Positions 49,710 through 62,626 of a stretch of 64,000 bases of DNA are shown in pieces. This stretch comes from Camelus ferus. Its lineage: Eukaryota. Both the position numbers and the translations under genes were made by a program. Where the stretch lies: NCBI RefSeq assembly GCF_009834535.1, contig NC_045707.1:50346001-50410000 (forward strand). The letters are read 5' to 3'. Every line of letters starts with the position of its first letter. Position 1 is the first letter of the stretch. Below the pieces are notes generated by a model. That model did not search any database, was not told the origin of the DNA, and saw only the letters and a list, made by a program, of their open reading frames with translations.

Positions 49710-50285
49710 GACTGGATAAAGAAGTTGTGTATATTTATACAATGGAATACTACTCAGCCATAAAAAACTGACAACATAATGCCATTTGCAGCAACATGGG
49801 TGTCCCTGGAGAATGTCATTCTAAGTGAAGTAAGCCAGAAAGAGAAAGAAAAATACCATACATATCACTCATATGTGGAATCTCAAAAAGAAGAAGAAAG
49901 AAGAAGAAGAAGGAGAAGAAGAAAGAGAAGGAAAAGGAGGAGGAGGAGGAGGAGGAGAAGACGACAAATGAACTTAAATAAAAAACGAAAAACAGACTCA
50001 TAGACATAGAATACTAACTTGTGGTTGCCAGAGGGAAGGGAGGTGGAAAGGGACAGACTGGGAGTTCGAAATTTGTAGATACTGACATATATATATACAT
50101 ATAGAAGAGATAAACAAGTTTATACTGTATAGCACAGGGAAATATATACAGGATCTTGTAGTAGCTCATGATGAAAAAGAATGTGAAAATGAATATACAT
50201 ATATTCATGTAAGAGTGAAAAATTGTGCTCTACACTGGAAATTGACAGCAACATTGTAAACTGACTACAACTCAATTAGAAAAAA
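49710..50285 (+). mobile_element. 5'-truncated L1 (same lineage as 43279 copy, somewhat older)
   Basis: ORF2 end [27 protein letters not shown], 3' UTR, A tail; TSD AAGACAGTATAGAT (49696-49709) / AAGACAATATAGAT (50286-50299). Confidence 0.95.
49885..49961. repeat. Pure-purine (GAA)n/(GGA)n compound microsatellite inside L1
   Basis: 77 nt containing only A and G on the plus strand. Confidence 0.95.
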
Positions 50286-50549
50286 AAGACAATATAGATT
50301 TTGATGTCACATGGGGCATTGTTTGCAACCTGCCTTAGCTGTGTGATTTTGGGCAAATTAACCTCTTGGGGCTCACTTTCCTCATCTGTTAAATGCTGGT
50401 CGCAACACCTACCTCACAAGCTTAGTCAGTGATTAAGAATAGCGGCTAAACATACGTAACATACAAGAGGTATTCAATAACTGGTAGGGAGTAGTAAAGT
50501 TTATTGACTGAGAGGTAATGGCAACATTGGTCCATGAGGGCCATGTGAC

Positions 50550-51210
50550 ATCCAGTTCCTTAGGCCAAAAGTCTAGAAATTAGTCTCCATTGCTCTTTTT
50601 CCCTCATCACCTGAATTCAATCCATCACCAAATCTTGCCAACTCTATCTGCAGAATATGTCCCCAGTTGGACTACTTCTTATCTTCAAGCTTACTATAGT
50701 AGGGCAAGCCCCTCTCACCTTTCACCAGGAATCCAGCTGGCCAGCTTCTAGCTTCCTACAGAATATTCTCCACACTGCAGACTGAAAGAGCTGTTAAAAA
50801 CATAAACCAGCTGAAACTCCATCCTTGAAGAAAGTCCTCCAGAGGTTTTCCATTGCTTTTAAAATGAAACCCAAGCTACTTATCCAGCCAGCATGGACCC
50901 CCACAGTTTCCCTCTGCCTTCCTTCCTGAACCCATCATTATCGTGTTCTCATGCACCAGCTTTCTTTTTGCTCCTTTCAGGACCACTAACTAGTTTCCCC
51001 TCAAGGTGTTTTTTTGACTTGCCACCTGGACTTCTCCACTTATGCCCAGTCCTCTGTATGGCTGGCTTCCTTGGTTCAGTTCAAATCCCTCTTCCTCAAC
51101 AATGTCTTCCTTGATTACCAATAAAAAATGTCACTTCCACTCTGGGCTCCCTTTACCCATTAACATGTTTTATCTTTTTTTATACCGCATATAATATTTT
51201 TTGATTGTTG
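50550..51210 (+). mobile_element. L2 fragment
   Basis: AATTCAATCCATCACCAAATCTTG..ATTCTCCACACTGCAG..TCCATTGCTTTTAAAATGAAACCCAAG..ATGGCTGGCTTCCTT. Confidence 0.7.
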
Positions 51211-51954
51211 ACATATTTGTTTACATATATTTGTGGAAACAATTTCTTGTATAATATAGTATCCTATATTCAAGGGAAACAATTGCTGGTATAGTGTTGA
51301 TAACTAAGGATCAGCATAGTTTGAAAGGTCAATGAATTGCATGCAAGAGGGAGTGCAATAGAAGTTAGAAAAGGGAAAATCCAGTGGTCTAAATTCTCAA
51401 GTTCACAAGAAGCCAGGTTCCTGACTGATGCTGCTTAGAACTGTGGTATTGAGGGGAGGGAGACAAGTTAAGAAGAGCCAGTGAGGCAATAAATTCATGG
51501 TGAATAGGGGGCCAGAAGCTTGATAGACTGGAGAAGGGAACCTGATTTGAAGAAATGAGTGTAATGCCTAGAAAAGGTGCTGGAGGCAGGCTGCCAAGAG
51601 TCTCAAATCTCAGCTAGACAGACATCGATGAGCTTTCCAGAAGCAAAAGGTCTTTATGTTCTCTCTTTTCAGCTGGTTTCAGTTACATCATATTGAGCTT
51701 CTCCCATACAATCCATGGGAGAAGTCTTTCCTTTAGAACTGCTTAAATACCAGAGATTTGCACTGGTATTAAAGACTTTTGCCTTTAGTTAAATGTGTGT
51801 TCTAACAGTACAGTCTAGCCAGTGAAGACAGAAACCAGGTTGGGCTCCTCTGTGATAGAAAATAACAAAAACAGCTAGAAGAAAAATTACATTGTGCTTG
51901 CCATGTTTGGTTTGGGATAGGCAATGCCATTCTGCAGTTTAGAAAAGGATGTTT

Positions 51955-52128
51955 GTTTGTTCTAAATTTTATTTTCTATGGAAGTGTAGTTGGTTTTAAA
52001 TGCTGGTTTCAGGTGTACAGAAAAGTATTTCAGTTATGCATATACATACATATAAATACACATATATTTTTAGATTCTTTTCCATTATAGCTTATTACAA
52101 GAAATTGAATATAGTTCCCTGTGCTATA
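51955..52128 (-). mobile_element. Short L1 3' UTR insertion
   Basis: TTTCAGGTGTACAG..TTCAGTTATGCATATACAT..GAATATAGTTCCCTGTGCTATA; TSD TAGAAAAGGAT(G/C)TTT at 51940-51954 and 52129-52143. Confidence 0.88.
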
Positions 52129-52900
52129 TAGAAAAGGATCTTTTCAGTCATTCAGAGGGGCTTGTACTATGCAAACACACTTTCATTAGTAATGTTATTT
52201 ATCATAAAGAAAGCAAAGAGTTTTTCTCTTTTTAGCTGCAGGCTTATAGGACTTCGCTCCAAGCTGTTCTGATCACAAGAGGTTATTTGTGGTGACAGGA
52301 AAATGTGCACGTCTCTACCTCCCTCCTCAGTTCTCCTTTTCCTTTGGGGAGGGAAGTTTATCCTTTTCATAGCTCTTGAAGAATCAAAGTATATGAAAAT
52401 CAACGTGCCATGGATGAAGTTTTCCAAACTTCAGAAGCCACGTGCCCTTAGGCACAGAAGGAACTGCCTGCCACCCAAGTGGTCCCAGGCATCCCCCTCC
52501 AACCCCCACCCTGAACCCAGCCCCCTCCCAGAAGGCAGATCCTAGATCATTCAGTGTGTTTGGAGGGCATTTGGGAGCTAAAACAGATGTCTTACCAGAA
52601 GTGTTTCTTCCTATTTGGAGGAAGAATAAGGGAACAGCGTGGGTTGCTGAACCTGTGTGTTTGGGGATGGAAGGATGTTGGAGGCTCTTGCCAAATCATT
52701 TCTTTCTTGAGGCACCCGTCTGCTGTGGGCTGTATCAACTTTTCTGCTTGGCCTTGAAAATCGAGTTTCGACAACAGCCACCCATTCTGCTAGAGACCTG
52801 CTCTGTGTTTGTAATTTTAACTCTTGAGTCTTTTGGTTATGCACTAAAGTACTGTGAAATCAAAGCCAATGTGTTTTGGGTGGAAGGGAGGGTGATATTT

Positions 52901-53158
52901 TATATGCATATGTAATATATATGTATTTATATATGTATGTCTCCTCTATAAAATGTATATATAATATAGGTAAAATATACACGCCCACATATATACATAT
53001 ACATGCATGTATGTATATGGGTGTGTACCCACATATGTATGTACATATATGTATAAATGTATATATCCAAATATATTTATAACACGAGGTATATTATGCA
53101 TGAGCGATATATCTCTATTATACATAAATATAAATTATGCATTATGTATGTATATGTA
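52901..53158. repeat. Degenerate (TA/CA/TG) low-complexity tract
   Basis: ATATATGTAT/ATACAT variants over about 250 bp. Confidence 0.9.
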
Positions 53159-53569
53159 AGTGCTTTTCTGCAACCCTTTGGACTGTCCTGCAGTTTTCTC
53201 TTTCTCCTCCTGTTTTCCATCAGCTCTGCAGAGATTGTTTAAATGGAAATTCTCTGACTCTTCTTCCCCTTGCCAGGACCAGGGACACAGATGACTGAGC
53301 TCTGGCTGTTCTCCTGGGGGCAGGGCAGGAGACACTGTGACCTACAGGAAGCTTCCTCGCTGGAGAAACACAAAGGAGTCCTGTCTGAGGCACTTCCCAT
53401 GAGGCAGCTTCGGACTAGCCTGAGTTTATGGACGTTTTTCCCTAGCTACCTAGGGAAGTTCTGCATCTAGTTTAATTAGTAAGTGAATTATGTCTTCGTC
53501 CACCAAACTCAGGAGGAGTGGGAGGTAGGGATCCTACATTTTGTGCCCAGTTCACCTTCATAGGGTAGG

Positions 53570-53937
53570 AGGTGTCCCCTTTACTTCTCACATCATGGGG
53601 TCCCCCTTAAGACTGGATCCTCCTGGAGTTTTTAACTCTCAGGGGTGTCCACGCTGAGCCTTCAGCAATCCGTCAATCTCAGTTCTGGTTTTCCTACCCC
53701 AGCCCTGGTTCCCTGGTGGTGTCTGCTCCTGAGTTTCTGTTCCTGTAAGCCGTGACTTCCTGTATTCGCCTGTCTCTTCAATCTAGGGGGCAACTGTTTG
53801 GTTTGCTCTCTGTCCTCCACTCTCTTATGGTTACAAGAAGAGTTGTTAATTTTTCAGCCTGTTTAGCTTTTTACTTGTTGTTAGGACAGGATGGTGATTT
53901 CCAAGTTCCTCACACGCGGAAACAGAAACTGGAAGTC
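53570..53937 (-). mobile_element. 5' end (5' UTR) of an old L1 (L1M4/L1MC-type)
   Basis: Minus strand begins GACTTCCAGTTTCTG..GAACTTGGAAATCACCATCCTGTCCTAACAACAAGTAAAAAGCTAAACAGGCTGAAAAATTAACAACTCTTCTT, matching a recalled old-L1 5' consensus. Confidence 0.7.
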
Positions 53938-54247
53938 TTACTTCCATACACCTGAATGTTGACTATTTCAGTTCATGGTAGCAGGCTGAAGGGTTATAAG
54001 GTTAAACTCAAAGTAGGCATTTCCTCCAGTTAAAGGTGACAGGCAAATTATTTATGGGTGAAGAGGAGGAGGCAGTGGAAGCTGTTAGCTCAGTGAAGCG
54101 TTTGGATTCATATGGATTATAAATTGTGAAAGATGCAGATGGTTGAGAATTGCCTTAACATGAAGTCTGATTCCAATTGTGGATTTGCGTCTTGGGGGCG
54201 ATGGAAATAGGCAATGAGAATGACCCATGAAAGAACTAAGAGCAGTC

Positions 54248-54539
54248 GTAAATACAGGACAGAAATAGACTCACAGACAGAGAATACAGACTTGTGCTTA
54301 CCAGGGGGGTGGAGGGTGGGAAGGGATAGACTGGGATTTCAAAATTGTAGAATAGATAAACAAGATTACACTGTATAGCACAGGGAAATATACACAAAAT
54401 GTTATGATAACTCACAGAGAAAAAAATGTGACAATGAGTGTGTATATGTCCATGAATGACTGAAAAATTGTGCTGAACACTGGAATTTGACATAACATTG
54501 TAAAATGATTATAAATCAATAAAAAATTAAAAAAAAAAA
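54248..54539 (+). mobile_element. Young L1, 3' UTR only
   Basis: Perfect 17-bp TSD AAGAACTAAGAGCAGTC (54231-54247, 54540-54556), AATAAA plus poly-A; near-identical to reverse complement of 43279-43560. Confidence 0.97.
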
Positions 54540-55629
54540 AAGAACTAAGAGCAGTCAACTTTTGATAATTCCATTAAGCAGATTTTTTTTCTTCCACAGC
54601 TGAATCCTTAGGAGTTCAGTAATTCTCCCTTGTAATGAATGTTTTCCCTACAGCTGGTTACATCCTTACAGTGTGTGTTGGCTTGTGTTCTCCAGTGATG
54701 TAAGAGTTGAGGAAAGGCCATTAACTGTGTGATTTGAAGACCACAGATGTTCCCCCCACACCGTCCCTGTCAATTTTTCAGATGTGAATCTCAGTGTTCT
54801 GGGAGGCCTGGTAGGAAGTTCTGGGAAATAATTCTGGGATAACAGAAGTTTTAAACAATGCCCATTGCAAACACAAGGACACTGTAAATAAACGGAGTCT
54901 CCCGTTTACTTCCCTTTCAGCCGTAAATATATCTTTTCCTCTTCTGGACTTTATTGGTTCCCTCTTACAGGACTTCTAGCTTGCAGCATCCTTGGCAGAT
55001 TTAGTTTATCTCCATTCTTCATCTAGTCTTTCCTCTATCATCGGGCCTTCCTCTTGCTTTCTTAGGATAGACACTCCTTCCTGCAGCTGCTTGAGTAACA
55101 GACAAGGAGCCTTCTTTGGCCACTCCTGGGGCAAGAGTGGACAAATAATGGGGCAATTCACTGGGATAGAGGTTCTCAAAGCCAGAGATGGGTTATTCTC
55201 AATCCTTCCATAGTTTACGAGTGTCTTTCAGATGACACCCACATTTGTCTTGCACTATTTGGGTATGCTATCTTGTACTTCAGAGAATATATGGAAGCCA
55301 TTGGAGGGAAAGTCCCTCAAGCTCGTCTACCAAATATACTAATCTACCTACATTTGCATCTACCCTCCCCAGTTGTTAAAGCAAAGCAGTATTTCTTTAA
55401 GTTTTGTCTCTGGAGCACTTGCATTGGAATCATCTGGACTGCGTGTTGGAAAAAGGCTAGACCTTTTGATTCAGAAACCCAGGGGATGTGTAGGGCATGG
55501 AAATTTGAATTTTAATGCACACACTTGATTTTCATGTGCACTGGTATTTAAGAACTACCATCTTAACCTACTGATTATACTTCCACTAATATATTCATCC
55601 CCTTCGCTATAAGATATAGAAATAGGAAT

Positions 55630-55800
55630 CTGTATTGATTAAGATCAAGAACCCTGGAGCTCTGGGCCAGTTCCTGAAACTCTGTGCTTCCATTTCTTTA
55701 TCTGTAAAATGAGAATAATAAGAGTACCTCACTCCAGAGACTAATGGGAAGGACTAAATATGTAAATATATGTAAAGCATTTAGAACACTGTCTTCCATA
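55630..55800 (+). mobile_element. MIR fragment
   Basis: CTCTGTGCTTCCATTTCTTTATCTGTAAAATGAGAATAATAAGAGTACCTC..ATGTAAAGCATTTAGAACA. Confidence 0.75.
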
Positions 55801-56109
55801 TGACCAACGAGATATGCGTTGGCTGTTTTCATTATTTCCTATCAATACCCTCCCTTCCTATCAACATATGCAAGACTCTCCTATTATCCTTTACAGACCC
55901 TTTATCTCTTTCTGTAGTCACAGTAATATCTCCTTTCCTTTTTATTTCTTCCAACAGGTCCCATTTCGCACCCTCCCCCCACCCCCCCAGGGAAGGACTT
56001 TAGTACAAGATAAGATTCTTCTCTTAACCCCACCCTTTAACCTAGTTCTTTTCTACTCTTTCTTCCATTGTCCACTCACTGGTCCCTTTTGTAGGGAACC
56101 CTCAGACTA

Positions 56110-56350
56110 AGCAAATGCCCCTTTTATGTGCTTCAAAATCCTGCATAGCATTTATTATAGTCATGATTTTATGTTTATTTGTACAACTATTTGATTAATG
56201 TCTGTCTCTTCCACTAGACTGAAAGCTCCGAAAGATCTGGGACTCTGCTGATATTTCCATCAGTGTTTCCCTGATGCTGAGCACTGGTCCTGGCATATAG
56301 TAGGTTCTCATAAATCTCTGTTACATTAATGATGAACAGATATGAATGTA
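56110..56350 (+). mobile_element. L2 3' end
   Basis: ATGTCTGTCTCTTCCACTAGACTGAAAGCTCC..CCTGGCATATAGTAGGTTCTCATAAAT. Confidence 0.75.
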
Positions 56351-56424
56351 CATAAAAATCCTAAGGAGAGAGCCAAAGCTGGGCTGCTGGCAGTACTTCA
56401 CCATTATTTAAAGAGGCTACCTTT

Positions 56425-56670
56425 GACGTAAGACAGACCTGAGGACCAGTCTTCACTCTGCTGTGTGCCAACTATTCTTGGGCAAGATACTTAACTTTTC
56501 AAGGGGCTCCTTTCCTCACCTGTAAAATGGCTATACCACTCTAGGGAAGTACAGCGTCTATCACACAGAGTTGCTATGGGGATTAAAGAGAAAATGCATG
56601 CAAAGGGCTTAGCACAATGCTTGGACCAAAGCAAATGCCCAGTAAGTGTTCATTATGATGTGATGATAAT
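56425..56670 (+). mobile_element. MIR
   Basis: CTTGGGCAAGATACTTAAC..TTTCCTCACCTGTAAAATGG..GGATTAAAGAGAAAATGCATGCAAAGGGCTTAGCACAATGC. Confidence 0.75.
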
Positions 56671-59344
56671 GACCTTCCTCCTGTTAACAAAACTCCCTAG
56701 AGGTCCCCAGTCTTCTCGGTGGCTAATTTCAACAACTCAATCCCTAAGTGACCCATTATCCATCCCATCTTTACTTACAGGAAGGAGAGTGCAGGATGTC
56801 TCCTGCACACACTGGTCAGAGTTTGTGTTACCTCTTTGCCTACCCTTGCTGTGTGCCACTGATCCAAGCTGCTCAGCTTGCCTAGCGTTTTTTTGTTCTG
56901 TTCTTTTTTTCAATCCTCTGCTGCTCACACAAAGGCATGCTCCTCTATGCATATCCATCAATTGCCACAGCCTTTGCCAGAACTACTCTGTCATCTTCAG
57001 GGCTGCCCCTGCCACTTCCTTTCTGCAGCAGGGCTGGGATCCCTCTTTTCTTTATTGCGCTGGCAGAATGGAAAAAGAAATGAAGCCTGACCCCTCAGAG
57101 CAAGAAGATGACTGATGTGTGAGGCACAGTTTTTCTAACATGTCCTTTGTGCTTTGAAGTTTCCTCTCTCCAGGGTACGTGTGGAGGGCTGAGGCAAGCA
57201 ATGTTGTGATCTTCCTGGAGATTCTAGATGGTGGCCCTCTCACACTACATCAGTGAGGGTGACAAGAAGGAGTGGTCAACTCCCGGAGACCTTGAGCAAG
57301 TATTGTGCAAGCTCCCTTTCAACTCCAGAACGTGTACTTTTTTTTTCTCTCCCCCAACCCCCTAGGCTCACTTTCTCTCATGAAGAAAATCCTCTTTCCT
57401 CTTACAGAGTAGCCTTGTCCTGGTCCAAGGGCATTTGCAGATCACCCAGGGCCATTCAGAGAGGCCCTGAAGAGTTTTAGAATGCTAAGATGTCCCCACT
57501 TGATACAGCAATTATCATGCTATATCTTTGATTTTCACACTAAGGAACATTTGGTTCAGCTCTTCCCCTGGTGCCTTATCCACAACCACACTGTCCCTTC
57601 CATTCGTTTGGTGAGGGTTTCTCTTGTAGGAGCAATGGGAGTGGGTAGGATAGGTGGGTTATATGCTATCTTGCTTCCCTGAAGTTGCTTCAAAAATGTT
57701 TTTTTAAAAATTACAATTTGAAAAACACAACAGGGAGGAAAATTCTCTCTTGCCAGACCTCCTGTGAGGAACAAATAAAAATATAAATAGTCAAACGACC
57801 AGCGTTCTAACTAAGCTTTGTTAATCTTTTCCCAAGGTAAAGTGAATACATTTATTTTTTTTTTACTGGATGTTTTCCTGATTTTTCTTTCAAGGACAAA
57901 AGATTTGTAGTTGGAGCAGCTGGATCACTTCCTCCCACTATTCTGTCCTTGGAGACATTTGGCCCATTAAAGGGAGCCCACGGATTCCATTTCAACAGAT
58001 GCATCTCACATTTATTCGGGATATAAGTGATAGGGTGACTCATTGTGCTGCTCATACAATTACAGTCTTTGTTGCTTAAGAATAATATCTTGATTCCATA
58101 TAGGCAAAGAGATTTATCATTATACTCTACGGTAAGGAAAGACTAAAAGGACAATATATGGGTAACAATGTCAGAGACACTGGAATGTTCCTACTTGGGA
58201 ATAAAATGCACAGTTTGTCATTTGACTTGCAGCCTTAGGTGCACCCACATAGAATGTGGGCTTTTGAAATTCATGTAAATTACATTTACATTTGTAAAGT
58301 CAGGTTTGTAGCATTGGAAAATCTCTCATGGGGTGCTCTGGGTAGCTGGCTGTTAAGAAATAAAAAAGAGAGAAAGAGCTCTTATTCATTTTCTTTTATG
58401 TGTTGTACAAATTCCATCTCTATGTGGGTAAAATACAAGCCCTGGCAAGTACAGTGTTTGAATTCACTTTTGATCACTTTTGGACCAACACACACATACA
58501 TTTAAGTTCTCCAAAGCAAATTCCTGAAAGGACTTTCTCACTAAACTAATCCTATTTCTCCTTCAAAAATGCCTGTCCCTTCCCCTTCTTTTTTTCCCTC
58601 TTTCAGCTCCCGAATTCTGTAGGTGTTCTCGAGGAAGCAGGAAGGGTGAGTAGGCAGCAGTGAGACAGCTGCTTACTCTTCCTCAAATGCCTTTCCTGGG
58701 GCTCAAAAGTACATTTGGGAAGGGAAAGAAAGTATCTACTTCATTGGCAGTTTGTCACTGAGACGCAGGGAAAGCTTCCTTGTGATCTTTCTCGAAGGTC
58801 TGAATTTAGAAGTAATTTAAGAAGGTGCAGGTTTGAATCTCAGGTCTGCTATTTACTAGTTGGGTGACCCAGAGCAGATTATCCTAACTCTTAGTGAGAG
58901 ATTACATAGAAGAGAGATGCAGTACTACCTCCTAAGGATCATCAAAGGATTCTGAACGATGTCACACTGACTGGCACATACTTAGTACACAGTAGATGTT
59001 AGCTATTCTTTTTTTTCTTATTTACTGTACTACCAGGCCCTGATTTGTGGCAAAATGTGTAAGAATTATGGACTATTTGGAAGCCAGCCCCAGCTAACTG
59101 AGTGAGAAAGGAGGGGGATATAGTGTTTGATATATGACCTATTCTTTGCTTTCCGGTGGGCTAGTTAACCTCAGACCTGAAGAACTACATACCAACCATA
59201 GGACTGGGTTTTGACTACAGTCATATTGGCCACAATTTGATTCAACAATGAACCAACAGTAGGACCCTGTTGTAGGTTAAAGAAATTAGGAGGAAGTAGG
59301 AGAATTCTTGACTTGAGATGGGCAAAATGTTGATATTTTGTGCT

Positions 59345-59600
59345 CAAAGGCAGTGGTGGATAATAGGAAGCCATACACTTTGGAACTAGAGAGAGCTGGG
59401 TTCAAATTCCAACTCTAAGAGTTACCGGTTGTATAAATTTGGGGAAAATATTTTTTTTCTTTCTTTCCTTTTTTTCCCCTGTAATATGTGGGTAAGCATA
59501 CTTACTTTGCAGTATTGAAAAGATTTAATAAATAGTTCATTTTAAAGTACTCATTAATATTATGCTTGGCATATAGTATTTTCTCAAAAAAAAAGTTAGT
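59345..59600 (+). mobile_element. MIR
   Basis: GCTGGGTTCAAATTCCAACTCT..TGCTTGGCATATAGTATTTTCTCAA. Confidence 0.65.
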
Positions 59601-60182
59601 GCTCTTTTTCTTTCCTGTTCTCTCCTCTTTAATGATGAATAATATGATTTGACACTCACTCTAAATTTAGCTCACACCCTATCCCAAAGAGTGTTCTCTC
59701 TGCTGGCTCATGATCTGATTTGGTCATTTCCTGAGAAGCCCTCTCTCCTTGCTGGCTGTGCCTACTCAAGCTTGACACAGTGCATCTTAACTAAGTGTTA
59801 GAGGAAGGCAAATTTTTGTCTTAGATGAACTTCTAATTGATGACATCTAATTCTACCCAGAATTGCATTGACTGGGGAAGGCTCCTCATCTATACTGATG
59901 TAGGTGAGATTTATGTATGTATTCCCAGTGACAGCCACCTTGGATTATTTTTTTTTTTTGAAAGTAGGTGAAACATAAATCATGAATCAATAAAATACTC
60001 TTTGACAGTGAGCCAATTTCTGCATCTGACTAAGGGAATTAATTTATGTCTCCATAGCTGTGACTGAAAGAAGTCAGATTATAGTTTCAAAAAAATAGTA
60101 AGCTTTGTTTGTCAATTCTTTTCCCTCTCAGTTGAAAACTCAGTCTCAGTCTGATGATTTTATATTACAATCCACAGTCTTG

Positions 60183-60370
60183 ATGCCTGCTTTTAAAATA
60201 AAGTTTTATTGGCACACAGCCTCACTCATTCATTGATATACTGTCCATAGCTGCTTTCAGGCTGCAAGGCAGAAGTCCAGTAGTTGTACAGAAGATAACC
60301 TGTGTTTGGCGCCCAAAGTTGAAAGTACTTACTATCTGGCCTTTTACAAGAAAAGTTTGCGGACACCTAT
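60183..60370. mobile_element. MER58A-like hAT-Charlie DNA transposon
   Basis: AAATAAAGTTTTATTGGCACACAGCC..CATAGCTGCTTTC..TACTATCTGGCCTTTTACAAGAAAAGTTTGC. Confidence 0.88.
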
Positions 60371-61470
60371 TGTAAAGAATTTGAAAGATATTTATGTGTT
60401 GACCTAGGCTTGGGCTCTCTTTAGATGGAGCTTGGGGCATAGGACAAATGGTTTCTAGAATAGCACACTGTAGGTCTGTAACAAAGATCAGTTGAATTAA
60501 ATATCTACAAAGCATTAGTGTTAAAAAATGTTATTAGCAATTCTTAGCATAATGTGACATACATTTTTACTCTTCTCTTGTTTAGCTGGTTTGCACTGAA
60601 CACAGAAGAGTGATCTACATTGTTAAAGGAAGCTTTGGTATCATTGAAGATGGACAATCTCATGAATCTAGTTGGGGTGAAGGAAGGGTGAAAACATCAT
60701 AACTAGAGATGGCTGAGCTCCACCCAAGTGTCTGGTAAATTCCCATGATGTCAGGCCACTGTGAAGCATCACTCACGAATGGAACACCATTTTTCCTTTC
60801 TCCTGCTAGTAAAACTTCAACATGAAGCCTTTCCTCTATCCAAACATCTCATTTTCCTCAGGATTAGCGTGACTTTGCCCAGCTCTTTTCACAATGTTGT
60901 GGCAAAGGAATGGAAAAACTATTCAAGTTGAAAAATTATACCAACTAGTATAATTTAGTTAGGTCAGTACACTTAAAATGTCATGCTTTTGTAGCTTCAT
61001 TGAACGACTTTATTTATCCAGAAAGTGTGACAACCTCTGGTCTAATGGGGCTTTCGTGGCTAACTCTATCCAGCCAGGGCTGTATGTGTGACTCTTTGTG
61101 TGCAGCTGAACTCTAGACCCTCTCCAAAGCCTGGGAGTGTGGGAACTACTACCTGGGCAGAGCTGAGCCTAGACCACCCACTCATTTCACACAGCCCATT
61201 AAACGGTTATCATATGATGCTATGTTACTCCTCCTGTTGACCTTGCCCTGGATGGCTGTGTGTCGAATTACTAATTATCCCTACAGCTTTGCTACGTAAA
61301 TGCCATTTAATTTCCACCTCCACTTTTGGAAGCCGCAGTGCTCAGACAGGACCACAGCAATAACCCCTAGAGCTCGCTGTTTCTTGCAATGCAGTGGGGT
61401 GTCATCTACCACCTCTGTAACCATTACCACCAAGAAATGCTTTCTTAAGTACACAACAATAGAGAATGAC

Positions 61471-61526
61471 AAAAGAAAAAAAGAAAAGAAAAGAAAGAAA
61501 AGGAAAGGAAAGAAAAGAAAAAGAAA
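61471..61526. repeat. (GAAAA/GAAA/GGAAA)n purine-rich microsatellite
   Basis: AAAAGAAAAAAAGAAAAGAAAAGAAAGAAAAGGAAAGGAAAGAAAAGAAAAAGAAA. Confidence 0.9.
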
Positions 61527-62389
61527 CCCTCTCCCCCACCCCTTTCACTCTTCACTGTGTAAGTTGCACTGCTCTGGACCATTCTCATGCTTCAGTTTCA
61601 TGCCTGGTCGACATTGGACACTTGCCTGTGCTGTATGGAAATAACAAGCCACCATCTGGGGGTCTCATCATCTTACTCGGAGGCAGGAGTGTCTCTAAGG
61701 ATTATGCTTTGCCTACTTGGCACGGAAATCCTGCTTTAGCTTCAGTGATTAGCAAATGTAGGGAATGATTTCCCTCAGTCTAGACCCCAAAGACTAGCCC
61801 AGACAGACATAGGAATTCCCATGAAAACCCTCCAGGCTGCGGGCCATAATTTACTTTCTGTTGCTGTAATACTCTTACTAGGATATTGCTAGTAAGATTT
61901 TGCAAATGTTTTCTTTAAAAATGACCCATAAATTTGGCGTGACAAAGTGCTCAAAACACCGTCATACTTGAAGAAGACAACTCTGGAGCAGGGTAGATCA
62001 GACAGGAGTGGGCACTGGGGGTGGGTTGGAAGGACAGTTGGGAGACTGATAATCATTATTTTGATTTAAGTGTAGGATTCTTTCTATGTTAAAATTATTT
62101 GTAGTCATCAGAAAATAATACACTCTATGGATTTCTCACAAATGGGTGAATTCAAAGGGCTCTGATTTAAGAATCAGAACGCAGGCTTAATTGACTCTTT
62201 CATCTATCAACATTAAAATCAAGGCAAGGGTCTTAACCACAGCAGTGTTTGTTGTTTTATTGTGTGTTTAAATAGGACTTTTTTGTGTGTGAATTTCTTA
62301 ACTGGCTTTCAAATAGCTGACATGTATTTACCCAAACCAGGAAATAAGCAAAAAGATGTTTGTTTTTATTAATATGAGGGGCAGTATTA

Positions 62390-62520
62390 CTTCATTCATT
62401 TCTTCTTTAAACATTTATTTGGCATCTATCTGCCACATACCAAGCACTATGCTAGATGCTGGGAATACAACAGTGAGAAAAAATAGACTCAGTTCCTACC
62501 TCATGAGGTTATTAGAGTAC
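62390..62520 (-). mobile_element. L2 3' end
   Basis: CATTCATT..AAACATTTATT..CAAGCACTATGCTAGATGCTGGGAATACAACAGTGA..CCTACCTCATG. Confidence 0.75.
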
Positions 62521-62626
62521 CCCTGAAGATGTAATAAATTAGAATAGATGCAAATTCAACATTTAGCAAATAACAAACATAATAATTTTACAGATGATTA
62601 TTTAGTGACATCATTCCCTCTACTTT

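Noticed and set aside
49779..50007. Arg-rich protamine-like ORF
   Set aside because: L1 ORF2 tail read into a GAA/GGA microsatellite.
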